From positions 1 to 52,543 of the forward strand of contig CAZNJQ010000002.1 of assembly GCA_964573545.1 (NCBI GenBank): 52,543 nt of DNA, given 5' to 3'. The notes under the pieces are model-generated. The model did not search any database. It was not told where the DNA came from and saw only the letters and a list, made by a program, of their open reading frames with translations. This document shows, piece by piece, positions 23,461 through 34,855 of this stretch (positions are counted from its first letter, which is position 1; every line of letters starts with the position of its first letter). The stretch comes from an uncultured Candidatus Saccharibacteria bacterium. Its GTDB lineage: Bacteria > Patescibacteriota > Minisyncoccia > Phycocordibacterales > UBA2135. Both the position numbers and the translations under genes were made by a program.

Positions 23461-23865
23461 ATGGATGGCTTAATGGCGCTCATAACGGTGACGCTCGTCT
23501 GTCTGGTGCTAGCTATTTTCATATTTTTCAGGGCTGGCGTCTCCTCCGGTCATAAAGGGCACGGAAAATCATTCTGGCTAGTGCTCGTAGGGTTCGTGTT
23601 CTTGTTCTTCTCAAGCGTCGGGACATATATGCTTGGCCAAGGATCCATACATGATGGAGTTGATGATGTTCCACTTTTCTTGCAGGTGGATGTCGTATAT
23701 GAAAATATGGGACATGTTCAGGTCGGGGATAGGCTTGTGGTCGTCCTCAAGTGGTCCGGTAGTCCTGAAAAACTGATCGCATATCCCTTCAAGACGAATC
23801 CCCCGAAGAAATTCATGAAGGTTGAGAAGGAAGGCAAGGGATACGTACTCGTACCAGTTGAATAA
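23461..23865 (+). CDS. Hypothetical membrane protein (134 aa, 2 TM)
   Basis: Hydrophobic segments LITVTLVCLVLAIFIFF and FWLVLVGFVFLFFSSVGTYML. A terminator follows. Confidence 0.55.
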   Translation: MDGLMALITVTLVCLVLAIFIFFRAGVSSGHKGHGKSFWLVLVGFVFLFFSSVGTYMLGQGSIHDGVDDVPLFLQVDVVYENMGHVQVGDRLVVVLKWSGSPEKLIAYPFKTNPPKKFMKVEKEGKGYVLVPVE

Positions 23866-23877
23866 GACCTTTGTTTT

Positions 23878-23904
23878 GCCCCGTTGCTGCAACGGGGCTT
23901 TTTT
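23878..23904 (+). terminator. Rho-independent terminator
   Basis: GCCCCGTTG-ctg-CAACGGGGC followed by TTTTTT. Confidence 0.8.
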
Positions 23905-23925
23905 GTTGCTTTGTTTTGCGCTAAA

Positions 23926-24696
23926 ATGGATAAATCTATGCCGCTTCCAAAACAAAAAGATGGTCACCTACACCCCCTCACGCACATCATTAGAGACAGT
24001 GTGGAAATTTTTAGCAGGATTGGTTTCGAAGTGGTTTTGGGACCCGAGGTAGAGACAGAATACTATAATTTTGACGCCTTAAATATTCCCGCTAATCATC
24101 CTGCCCGCGATCTATGGGATACGTTCTGGCTTAAGCCCGGGAAAGAAGGACTAGAGACCAGGGAATTGCTCCGGACACATACGAGCCCGGTACAGATACG
24201 ATATATGGAAGCCCATACGCCGCCGCTCCGGATCATTGTCCCCGGAAAAGTATTCCGGTATGAAGCGACAGATGCGACACATGAGGCGCAATTTTTCCAA
24301 CTCGAAGGTCTTTTGGTCGAGAAAAATGCCTCTCTTGCAATGCTCAAAGGCACCCTGGAAGTCTTCTTCAGAGAATTTTTCGGGAAAAAGATAGGTATTC
24401 GGTTTCGCCCGAGTTATTTTCCGTTCGTCGAACCGGGTGTCGAAGTCGATATGTCGTGCTTCAAATGCGGAGGAGGCGGTTCCGGATGCGCTCTGTGTAA
24501 AGAGACCGGATGGATCGAGATCATGGGCGCAGGCATGGTCCATCCGAGGGTCCTCCAGAATGCCGGCATCCATAGTGAAAAATGGCGCGGATTTGCGTTC
24601 GGGGTCGGCATTGATCGGCTTGCAATGCTCAAGTATGGGATTCCGGATGTCCGGCTCTTGTATTCGGGGGATTTGCGAGTTATCAATCAATTCTAG
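23926..24696 (+). CDS. pheS: Phenylalanine--tRNA ligase alpha subunit, short form (256 aa)
   Basis: HPLTHIIRDSVEIFSRIGF...NFDALNIPANHPARD...FRPSYFPFVEPG. The track start at 23884 lies inside the terminator. Confidence 0.9.
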   Translation: MDKSMPLPKQKDGHLHPLTHIIRDSVEIFSRIGFEVVLGPEVETEYYNFDALNIPANHPARDLWDTFWLKPGKEGLETRELLRTHTSPVQIRYMEAHTPPLRIIVPGKVFRYEATDATHEAQFFQLEGLLVEKNASLAMLKGTLEVFFREFFGKKIGIRFRPSYFPFVEPGVEVDMSCFKCGGGGSGCALCKETGWIEIMGAGMVHPRVLQNAGIHSEKWRGFAFGVGIDRLAMLKYGIPDVRLLYSGDLRVINQF

Positions 24697-24727
24697 GCCG
24701 GCTCGTTTTGTATTACAGGATCGTGCT

Positions 24728-27061
24728 ATGAAAATTTCTTATAATTGGCTTCAAGATTATTTCTCGGCATCTCTGCCGGCACCGGAAAAACTCGCGGAGC
24801 TTCTTACATTCCATGCGTATGAAGTGGAATCCCTCGAGAAGGTCGGCGACGACACAGTTTTTACCATTGACGTACTACCGAACCGAGCCGGTGACTCACT
24901 TTCTCATCGGGGTGTCGCGCAGGAACTCTCCGGGTTATTGAAGAAGCCACTGCAAAAGGACCCGTTCAAGGGCATCCAGAAAGAACTGAAGAAATCAGAG
25001 CGATTATTTCTGGATATACCCGCTGATTCTCCATGCTCTCGATATAGCGGCGCTTTTATTGAAAATATCGCCGTCTCTGAATCCCCGGATTGGCTCAAAA
25101 AGAGGCTCATGTCGGTAGGGCAAAAACCAATAAATGTAATCGTCGATATTGCGAACTATGTCATGTTCGATATCGGCCAGCCGCTCCATGCATTTGACGC
25201 CGGTGCTCTAGCACAGAGACGCGGTATGTATACCATACGTGTTCGGAATGCACGAGGCGGAGAGCGCATAGAGACACTAGATGGAACGCTTCAGGCACTT
25301 TCGCCGGAAAATCTCCTTATCGTCGATGGAGGAAATGACGCTCCGCTTGGTATCGCTGGCGTGAAAGGTGGTATGAGTGCTGCAGTAAATTCCGCTACAA
25401 GAAATATTATTCTTGAAGCAGCGCACTTTGATAGCGGTGTAATCCGTAAATCGGCGCAGGGCGTCAAGCTTCGAACGGATGCATCAGTACGGTTTGAGAA
25501 TGATCCTCCACCGGAACTTACGCGGTATGCGCTTGAGCAAGCGACGTCGTTAATTCAGGGGATCGCGGGCGGTAGAGCGGAAGGTTTTATCGACTTCTAC
25601 CCGGCGCCTGATGCGCCGTATCGTACCGGAGTTTCTCTCTCCGAGATCAACGCAGTGCTTGGCGTACGCATATCTTCCGGAGAGATTGAAAAGATTTTCG
25701 AGAGGCTTGCATTCGGGTATTCGAAAGTGAAGCCCCTCCAAGAGATACTAAAGACGGCTGAGGCGCTTATCGGCGTCCCGTATAAATACGGTGCGCGCAT
25801 ACGGAAAGACGCACCACGCGCCTTCGATTGCTCGTCATTTTTAAGCTACATATTTACCCAAGGAGGAATTCGTATCCCGCGCATGGCTATTGATCAATAT
25901 TTTTATGGCGACGAGATCAAAAAAAAGAACGATTTTAGGCCCGGAGATGTTGTATTTTCAGTCGATGCAAAGGATTCTCATATCCGCCATGAATCAAAAG
26001 ATTTTCTCAGGGGTGGAAAAGTTCCAGAAGGAGTAAGTCACTGCGGGTTATACATCGGCAAAGGAGACGTTATACACGCTTCTGGCGCTACGGGTGCGGT
26101 TGTGCGGGAATCTTTAGAGGAGAGCAGGGGTTTTACTCACATTGTCGGATTACGGAGAATGTTCCAAAGCAAAGAGCCGAGGTTTGTCGTCACAGTCCCT
26201 TTTTGGCGGCGGGATATACGCATAAAAGAAGATTTGATAGAAGAAATAGGTCGTTTGTACGGATATAGAAGTGTCGCCCTGAAGGCGCCGAATCGCCCCC
26301 GGAAGAAGCCGATTCCCAACACGATGGCTGTATACCGGGAACTCGTGAGCACACTGCTTTGCAGCGCAGGATTTTCTGAGGTGTATACATATGTATTTCG
26401 TGAAAAAGGCGCCCGAGAGCTCTTAAATCCGCTTGCATCTGATAAAAAATTCCTGAGGAAAAACCTCCGTGACGGGCTTTTGCAGAGCCTCTCGCTAAAC
26501 TCGAAGAATAAGGCGTTACTCGGGGTATCATCCGTGAAAATTTTTGAGATAGGGAACGTTTTTGAGGCAGGACGCGAACATATCTCATTGGGTGTCGCCG
26601 CCCAAGATGCGCGAGTACTTCACGATATCGTCATTCCGGGTTTAAAAAAGATCAATCCGCACGCTTCTCTTCCGGTAGACGGGAATATCCTTGAACTTGA
26701 TTTTGATGCCTTTATCAAAAATCTTCCGGCAGTCCGTGTTCGTTCCGTACACACAGAAGATACGCTTAGAATCAAATATGTTCCGTTTTCCGAATACCCA
26801 TTTGCTCTGCGCGATATCGCAGTGTGGGTTCCGGGAAAAATTAAATCTCATGATGTGCAGGCCGTACTGGAAAAACAGAGCGGACCCTTCCTCATCCGTG
26901 CCGACATATTCGATGAATATAGGAAAGATGGCAACGTGTCGTATGCGTTTCGCCTTGTTTTCCAATCACATGAAAAAACACTTTCTGATGATGAGGTTGG
27001 CGCCATAATGCAAACTCTCACGAATTTTTTGAACTCGAAGCCAGGATGGCACGTGAGGTAG
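24728..27061 (+). CDS. pheT: Phenylalanine--tRNA ligase beta subunit (777 aa) with an inserted NlpC/P60 domain
   Basis: MKISYNWLQDYF..., B3/4 (PLHAFD, GIAGVKGG), B5 (VTVPFWRRDIRIKEDLIEEIGRLYGY) and a C-terminal FDX-ACB-like region. The track ORF start at 24437 overlaps pheS. Confidence 0.9.
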   Translation: MKISYNWLQDYFSASLPAPEKLAELLTFHAYEVESLEKVGDDTVFTIDVLPNRAGDSLSHRGVAQELSGLLKKPLQKDPFKGIQKELKKSERLFLDIPADSPCSRYSGAFIENIAVSESPDWLKKRLMSVGQKPINVIVDIANYVMFDIGQPLHAFDAGALAQRRGMYTIRVRNARGGERIETLDGTLQALSPENLLIVDGGNDAPLGIAGVKGGMSAAVNSATRNIILEAAHFDSGVIRKSAQGVKLRTDASVRFENDPPPELTRYALEQATSLIQGIAGGRAEGFIDFYPAPDAPYRTGVSLSEINAVLGVRISSGEIEKIFERLAFGYSKVKPLQEILKTAEALIGVPYKYGARIRKDAPRAFDCSSFLSYIFTQGGIRIPRMAIDQYFYGDEIKKKNDFRPGDVVFSVDAKDSHIRHESKDFLRGGKVPEGVSHCGLYIGKGDVIHASGATGAVVRESLEESRGFTHIVGLRRMFQSKEPRFVVTVPFWRRDIRIKEDLIEEIGRLYGYRSVALKAPNRPRKKPIPNTMAVYRELVSTLLCSAGFSEVYTYVFREKGARELLNPLASDKKFLRKNLRDGLLQSLSLNSKNKALLGVSSVKIFEIGNVFEAGREHISLGVAAQDARVLHDIVIPGLKKINPHASLPVDGNILELDFDAFIKNLPAVRVRSVHTEDTLRIKYVPFSEYPFALRDIAVWVPGKIKSHDVQAVLEKQSGPFLIRADIFDEYRKDGNVSYAFRLVFQSHEKTLSDDEVGAIMQTLTNFLNSKPGWHVR
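25730..26179 (+). other. NlpC/P60 papain-like domain inserted in the PheT B5 domain (~150 aa)
   Basis: GVPYKYG...AFDCSSF (Cys codon 25829-25831), ...RPGDVVF..., SHCGLYIG (His codon 26039-26041), DVIHAS (His codon 26075-26077). Confidence 0.75.
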
Positions 27062-27143
27062 CGATTACCCCAAAACCTATATTTTACAAGGCAAAAATAA
27101 GCTTTTTCCCTTGTGGAAGAGGTTGTTTTTTGGTATCATATAA

Positions 27144-29372
<2,229 letters not shown>

Positions 29373-29382
29373 GGTCTTTAAT

Positions 29383-30636
29383 TTAGAGAGTTCTTTCCGC
29401 AATCTCCTTTTTTAATTTTTTGACGAGTTCTTCAGCCGGCAATTGAAGCGCTTCTTTTTTGTCGCGGCTTTCAAGAGTTATTGTGCTAGATTCGACTTCT
29501 TTGTCTCCGACGATGGCGAGATAGGGGATTTTCTGCTCTTTCGCCACCCTGATTCTTTTGCCGAGAGTTTCATTCTCTCCGTAGAGCTCTGTTCGGATTC
29601 CGCTTTCATGAAGCTTCTTTCGCACTTCCTCTGCATAGGCTTTATGTTTGTCGCTTACAGGGAGTATCGCGATCTGAACAGGTGAGAGCCAGAGCGGGAA
29701 AGCGCCTGCGTAGTGCTCGATAAGGAATGCCATAATGCGTTCGATAGCACCGATAGATGAACGGTGCACGACGAACGCGCGCTTTTTGGAGCCGTCAGAA
29801 CCGATGTACGACAAATCAAACCGGTCGGGCATGCAGAAATCGTATTGCACGGTGAACGCCGTGTCTTCTTTGCCATTTACGTTCTTCATCTGAATGTCTA
29901 TTTTGGGGCCGTAAAACGCGGCTTCGTTCCTCGCTTCACCGAACGCGCTTCCTCGTTTTGTGAGAAGCTCGCGGAGGAGCATCTCGCTTTTTTCCCATGC
30001 CGCATCGTTTTTGTAGTATTTTTCCGTATTTGCGCGGTCGCCGAGCGATAGCCGGTAGTGGTAATGCTCTCCATATACGAGGCCGAATGTTTTAGTGACA
30101 TATTCAATAAGGTCGAGCGCTTTACCGATCTCCGCAATCGCTTCTTCTTCTGAAGCGCAGATAATATGTGCATCCGCAAGACAGAATGTCCGGACTCTCT
30201 GGAGACCCATAAGCTCTCCTGATTGCTCATAGCGATAGAGGCGCGCGATTTCCGCAATACGCATAGGGAGTTCACGATAGCTTCTCGGCCTCGAAAGATA
30301 AAGCTGAAAATGGTGTGGGCACGTCATTGGCCGGAGCATGAATTTCTCATCATCGATCTCTATTGGCGCATACATGGAATCCTTGTAATGCGGATAATGT
30401 CCGGATTTGATGTAGAGTTCGAGCTTTGCGATATCGGGAGTATACACATGGAGATATCCGCGACGAATTTCCTCGTCGACGATAAAACGTTCCAGCTCAC
30501 GTCGTATGGTGGCGCCTTTCGGGGTAAAGAGCGGCAGGCCTTTACCGACGGTCTCGTCTATATAATATAAATCGAGCTTTCGTCCAAGTATCTTATGGTC
30601 GCGTTCATCGCGCTTCTGTTCATCAGGCGTGTTCAT
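29383..30636 (-). CDS. thrS: Threonine--tRNA ligase, catalytic plus anticodon-binding domains only (417 aa)
   Basis: DHKILGRKLDLY..., class II core (FMLRPMTCPHH, RVRTFCLADAH), and a C-terminal HGTP-anticodon-like region (SPVQIAILPVSDK). No TGS or N2 editing region. Confidence 0.85.
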   Translation of the reverse strand: MNTPDEQKRDERDHKILGRKLDLYYIDETVGKGLPLFTPKGATIRRELERFIVDEEIRRGYLHVYTPDIAKLELYIKSGHYPHYKDSMYAPIEIDDEKFMLRPMTCPHHFQLYLSRPRSYRELPMRIAEIARLYRYEQSGELMGLQRVRTFCLADAHIICASEEEAIAEIGKALDLIEYVTKTFGLVYGEHYHYRLSLGDRANTEKYYKNDAAWEKSEMLLRELLTKRGSAFGEARNEAAFYGPKIDIQMKNVNGKEDTAFTVQYDFCMPDRFDLSYIGSDGSKKRAFVVHRSSIGAIERIMAFLIEHYAGAFPLWLSPVQIAILPVSDKHKAYAEEVRKKLHESGIRTELYGENETLGKRIRVAKEQKIPYLAIVGDKEVESSTITLESRDKKEALQLPAEELVKKLKKEIAERTL

Positions 30637-30690
30637 GGATTCTATGATAGCAAATTTAACTCCACCGCTCTAGGTATCGCTGTTCATCCA

Positions 30691-33600
30691 TTACGCTTTC
30701 AACTCTTTTACTTTCTCAATAATAAAAGAGGGCGTGCCGTTCCGATGAGACGTCTTCCCCTTTGCAAGAATTTTTTTATCGGTGGCAAGGAGCTCTTTGT
30801 ACTCATGGAACGATCTCGGAAAAACGACACTTTCAATTCTATCGTTGAAATCAGCTATCTTTATGAATGCCATTTGTTCGCCCTTGCTCGTGAGTATGAT
30901 TTTCACTTCCTCGATGATGCCGCCCACGATGGTGGGGAACCCTTCACGGAGTAGTTTTATTTTCCTGATATCAATATCAAGTTTTGCAAGTTTTTCCCGA
31001 TGCTCTTCAAGCGGGTGCCCCGAGATATAGAGCCCCAGAAGCTCTTTCTCCCAGAGCAGTTTTTGCTCTTTTGAGACGGGAGGGGATTCGCGCAGTTTAA
31101 GTTTTGGAACAGATGAAGCGTCTTCCATAAGTCCGAAAAGAGAGCTCTGCCGCGTAGTGCCTTTCGCGCACTCATGATTATATGCAAGCGCCTCTTCCAT
31201 GTTGCCGAGCATTGCCGCCCGGTCTCCAAGCGCGTCCAATGCTCCTGATTTAATAAGCGCCTCCAGAGATTTTTTATTCAAATTTTTGTGCTTGATCCGT
31301 TCCAGAAAATCCGCAAACGATGAAAACTTCCCGGATTTCTCCCGCTCATCTATAATGACGTTCGCGATCTCATTGCCGAAATTTTTAATGGAATAGAGTC
31401 CGAATCGGATCTGCCGTATTGGCTTCCCATTGTGCTGTCCGGACACTACGGTAAAATCTCCAAAACTTTCATTCACATCGGGAGAAAGCACCGGGATTCC
31501 CATCCGCACGCATTCAGCGATCGCTTCCGAGATTTTTTCCACATCTCCGGCGTCTGCGGTCAGGATCGCGGTCATGTATTCAACGGGAAAGTTCGCTTTC
31601 ATGTATGCCGTCTGGTAGGCGACACGCCCGTAGCTTGCGGCATGCGCTTTATTGAAGCCGTACGCCTGGAACGGCTCAAATAATTTCCAAAGTTTCTCGG
31701 CAAATGCCTCGGTCTGTCCGTTCGCCACGATGCCTTTAATAAGCTTCTCTTTTTGTGCTGCCATCTCGGCGGGAATTTTTTTACCGACTGCTTTACGGAA
31801 CTTGTCGGCTTCAAGCCATGAGTATCCTGCAAGTTCTATTGCGGAGAAAAGCAGGTCATCTTGGTAGACGATAAGGCCGTATGATTGGTCAAGATATTTT
31901 TTCATCCGCGGATCAAGGTATGATACGAGGTGCGGGTTGCGCTTTCGCTCGATGTACTGCGGGATAGTATCCATGGGGCCCGGGCGGTAGAGGGCAACCA
32001 TGGCATTAATATCGTGAATGGTCGTCGGCTTAAGTTCTTTGAGGTAACGCGTCATGCCGCTTCCGTTCAGTTGGAAGAGCCCCATCGTTTCTCCCTTCGC
32101 GAGCATTGCGAATGTTTTCTTGTCATCAAGCGGAATGTTCTGGATATCTATGGATATGTCGTGGAATTTTTTGACAAGTCGGACCGCGTTCTCAAGAATA
32201 GCAAGGTTTTTGATTCCCAAAAAATCGAATTTAAGGAGCCCCGCGTCTTCGACTGCGTACATATCATACTGCGTAATAATTTTTCCGCCGCGCGGATCGA
32301 GCTGGGTCGGGACGAATTCCGAAAGCGGACGTGGCGCGATGACAACCCCTGCGGCATGCACTGAAATATGCCGAACACATCCCTCAAGGCGGCGCGCAAG
32401 GTCTATGATTTCCTTGCTTGTTGAGTCGTGTTCATACAATTCCTTAAGCTCAGGAACCGTCTCGAGAGCCCTATCAATGGTCATCGGAAATCCTTGAGAA
32501 CCCATGGGAATAAGGCGTGAGATTTTATCCCCGATACTATAGGGGTGTCCTAACGCTCGCGCGACGTCCCGCACGGAGCCCTTCGCCATCATGGTGCCGA
32601 ATGTACCGATTTGTGCTACTTTATCCTCGCCGTATTTTTTACGCGCGTATTCAATGACCTCATCACGCCGGTTATCGGCAAAATCCATATCGATATCCGG
32701 AGCAGAGGGGCGTTCGGGATTAAGGAAACGCTCAAACGGAAGCTTATACTCAAGCGGATTAACATGCGTGACAGAGAGGAGGTATGTTATCAAAGACCCT
32801 GCAACCGAACCCCTGATTTCCGTCAGGATGCCGTTTTTTTGCGCGTATTCGATAAGGTCTGCCACAACAAGGAAATACGGAGAATACCCTTTATTTCGGA
32901 TTATCTGCAGTTCGTATTCGATACGCTGTTGTATCTCTTCCGATGCGGGAAGATTTCTTTTTTGGATTCCGGCATACACAAGACGCCGCAGTTCATCGTC
33001 ATATGTCGTGCCGTCCGGGAGCGGCAAGTTCGGGAATACCCATTTCCCGAGCTCGAGTTCTATGTCGCACATGTCTGCAACTTTTCCTGTATTCTCGACC
33101 GCCTCAGGAGCGTCTTTGAAGTATTCGTATGCTTTTTCGGTATCGATGAAGGAAAAATCATCGGAGTTCATGGAGAATCTGTTCTCGTCTTTCAAGTCGG
33201 CATTCGTCTGTATCGCAAGGAGCGTCTCATGCGCCTGCATATCGTCCGAATGAAGATAGTGCGAATCTTGCGTCGCAACAAGCGGTATATGTAACTTCTT
33301 TGAGAGCCGGATTATCTCATTCTGCACTTTTTCGATGCCCTCGACTCCCGGATGGTGCATGATCTCAAGGAAATAATTTTCTACGCCGAATATCTCCTGA
33401 TGTTCACGGACAATGCGCTCTGCTTCATCACCCTTGCCGTTTCGAAATGCTCGTGAAAGTTCGCTTCCGAAACACCCGGAAAGCGCAATAATACCCTGAG
33501 AGTGTTTCCGGAGTATTTCTTTATCCATCCTCGGCTTGTAGTAATATCCCTCGAGATGGGAGAGCGTGACAAGCTGTATCAGATTTTTGTATCCGACAGC

Positions 33601-33885
33601 ATTTTTTGCGAGAAGCGTCAGGTGATAGCGCGTCGTATCGATCCCTGGGCGTTTATCGAATCGCGATCCCGGCGTAATGTATGCCTCAACTCCGATGATC
33701 GGTTTTATTCCCTCGGCTTTACATTTTTTGTAGAATTCGAGTGCCCCATAAAGATTGCCGTGATCTGTGAGAGCGAGCGCCGGCATCTTGTAACGTTTGG
33801 CAAGAGAGACCATCTCGTCTATTTTTGAAAGGCCGTCAAGAAGAGAGTAGTGAGAATGCGTATGGAGGTGGACGAAAGGCTTCAT
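30691..33885 (-). CDS. dnaE: DNA polymerase III alpha subunit DnaE (1064 aa)
   Basis: The PHP N-terminus MKPFVHLHTHSHYSLLDG sets the start. The track ORF extends 52 codons further upstream, across the rnhB start. Confidence 0.93.
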   Translation of the reverse strand: MKPFVHLHTHSHYSLLDGLSKIDEMVSLAKRYKMPALALTDHGNLYGALEFYKKCKAEGIKPIIGVEAYITPGSRFDKRPGIDTTRYHLTLLAKNAVGYKNLIQLVTLSHLEGYYYKPRMDKEILRKHSQGIIALSGCFGSELSRAFRNGKGDEAERIVREHQEIFGVENYFLEIMHHPGVEGIEKVQNEIIRLSKKLHIPLVATQDSHYLHSDDMQAHETLLAIQTNADLKDENRFSMNSDDFSFIDTEKAYEYFKDAPEAVENTGKVADMCDIELELGKWVFPNLPLPDGTTYDDELRRLVYAGIQKRNLPASEEIQQRIEYELQIIRNKGYSPYFLVVADLIEYAQKNGILTEIRGSVAGSLITYLLSVTHVNPLEYKLPFERFLNPERPSAPDIDMDFADNRRDEVIEYARKKYGEDKVAQIGTFGTMMAKGSVRDVARALGHPYSIGDKISRLIPMGSQGFPMTIDRALETVPELKELYEHDSTSKEIIDLARRLEGCVRHISVHAAGVVIAPRPLSEFVPTQLDPRGGKIITQYDMYAVEDAGLLKFDFLGIKNLAILENAVRLVKKFHDISIDIQNIPLDDKKTFAMLAKGETMGLFQLNGSGMTRYLKELKPTTIHDINAMVALYRPGPMDTIPQYIERKRNPHLVSYLDPRMKKYLDQSYGLIVYQDDLLFSAIELAGYSWLEADKFRKAVGKKIPAEMAAQKEKLIKGIVANGQTEAFAEKLWKLFEPFQAYGFNKAHAASYGRVAYQTAYMKANFPVEYMTAILTADAGDVEKISEAIAECVRMGIPVLSPDVNESFGDFTVVSGQHNGKPIRQIRFGLYSIKNFGNEIANVIIDEREKSGKFSSFADFLERIKHKNLNKKSLEALIKSGALDALGDRAAMLGNMEEALAYNHECAKGTTRQSSLFGLMEDASSVPKLKLRESPPVSKEQKLLWEKELLGLYISGHPLEEHREKLAKLDIDIRKIKLLREGFPTIVGGIIEEVKIILTSKGEQMAFIKIADFNDRIESVVFPRSFHEYKELLATDKKILAKGKTSHRNGTPSFIIEKVKELKA

Positions 33886-33912
33886 GGTAGAATCCATTAT
33901 ATCATACGCACT

Positions 33913-34542
33913 ATGGCAAAAAATCCGCACATGATGCTCCCCATAGCGGGTGTTGACGAAGCGGGCAGGGGACCACTCGCCGGTCCCGTAACGGTTGCCG
34001 CAGTCATACTTTTTGACAAGCAAGGATACGGGCATATTCATGGCATCAAGGATTCAAAACGATTGTCACCTGCTCAAAGAGAGGTTTGGTTTTTAAGAGC
34101 GCACAAACTCAAAGCGCAAGGAATCCTCGATTTTGCGGTATCCTCAAGCAGTGAAGACATCATCGACACGAAGGGTATAGTGTTCGGGATAAAAAAAGCC
34201 TTACACAGGGTGCTCAAAAGGGTCTGCCAGGACGCCGCGCATACAATGATACTTCTCGACGGAAGCCTCGCGGCCCCTTCGTCATATCTATATCAGGAAA
34301 CTATTATTCGCGGCGACGAAAAAGAACCGCTCATCGCGCTTGCGTCGGTGATAGCAAAAGTCACGCGTGATAGGTATATGGTCCGTTGCGCAAAGAAATT
34401 TCCACAGTACGGGTTTGATATCCATAAGGGATATGGAACGCAAAGGCATTATGCCGCGCTCAAAAAGCACGGTATATCTCCGCTGCACAGAAAGAGCTTC
34501 TTGACTGGCATAGAATCCGCCTCTCCCGAGCGGCTTGCATAA
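33913..34542 (+). CDS. rnhB: Ribonuclease HII
   Basis: IAGVDEAGRGPLAGPV..., DSKRL..., HKGYGT. Divergent from dnaE with a 27-nt gap. Confidence 0.85.
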   Translation: MAKNPHMMLPIAGVDEAGRGPLAGPVTVAAVILFDKQGYGHIHGIKDSKRLSPAQREVWFLRAHKLKAQGILDFAVSSSSEDIIDTKGIVFGIKKALHRVLKRVCQDAAHTMILLDGSLAAPSSYLYQETIIRGDEKEPLIALASVIAKVTRDRYMVRCAKKFPQYGFDIHKGYGTQRHYAALKKHGISPLHRKSFLTGIESASPERLA

Positions 34543-34572
34543 ACTACAAATATAAGGTACACTACGCTGCAT

Positions 34573-34806
34573 ATGACTGTACGAATGCGCCATACGCGTG
34601 CGCATACAAGAAACAGGCGCTCGCATCACGCTCTCGAAGAGGGGCGCTTCTCGCGCTGTGCACACTGTAGCGCTCTGCATATGCGCCACCGGGCGTGTGG
34701 GAATTGCGGCACATATCGCGGCAGGAATGTCCTTGATGTCGCAAAAAAACTTGAGAAGAAGGCGAAGAAAGCAAAAGAGCGCGAAAAAGAGGAGATGAAG
34801 CAATAA
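34573..34806 (+). CDS. rpmF: 50S ribosomal protein L32 with a Lys/Glu-rich tail
   Basis: RHTRAHTRNRRSH...CAHC...HRACGNCGTYRGRNV is the bL32 zinc-ribbon pattern. Confidence 0.8.
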   Translation: MTVRMRHTRAHTRNRRSHHALEEGRFSRCAHCSALHMRHRACGNCGTYRGRNVLDVAKKLEKKAKKAKEREKEEMKQ

Positions 34807-34855
34807 ACCAAGCGCAGAGAAGTTTAGCGTTTAGGGTTTAGTATTCAGCGTCTAA

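Noticed and set aside
24437-24727. 97-codon N-terminal extension of the pheT ORF in the track. The same kind of extension occurs for gatB (11737), tatC (13316), alaS (19402), rpsB (21244), pheS (23884), dnaE (to 34041), rnhB (33850), rnc (35813), the fibre gene (41815), tatA (45666) and the GT gene (49770).
   Set aside because: The extensions overlap upstream genes, terminators or word-repeat hairpins and lack homology. The internal ATGs reproduce the conserved N-termini (MKISYNWL, MKYTPTIGLEVH, MKPFVHLHTHSH, MFGLGIPE and others).
34562-34811. Three overlapping ORFs (two antisense and one alternative frame) on the rpmF locus.
   Set aside because: The + strand frame encoding the bL32 zinc-ribbon pattern (CAHC...CGNC) is clearly the real gene. 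The others are Arg/Ser/Ala-rich shadows.
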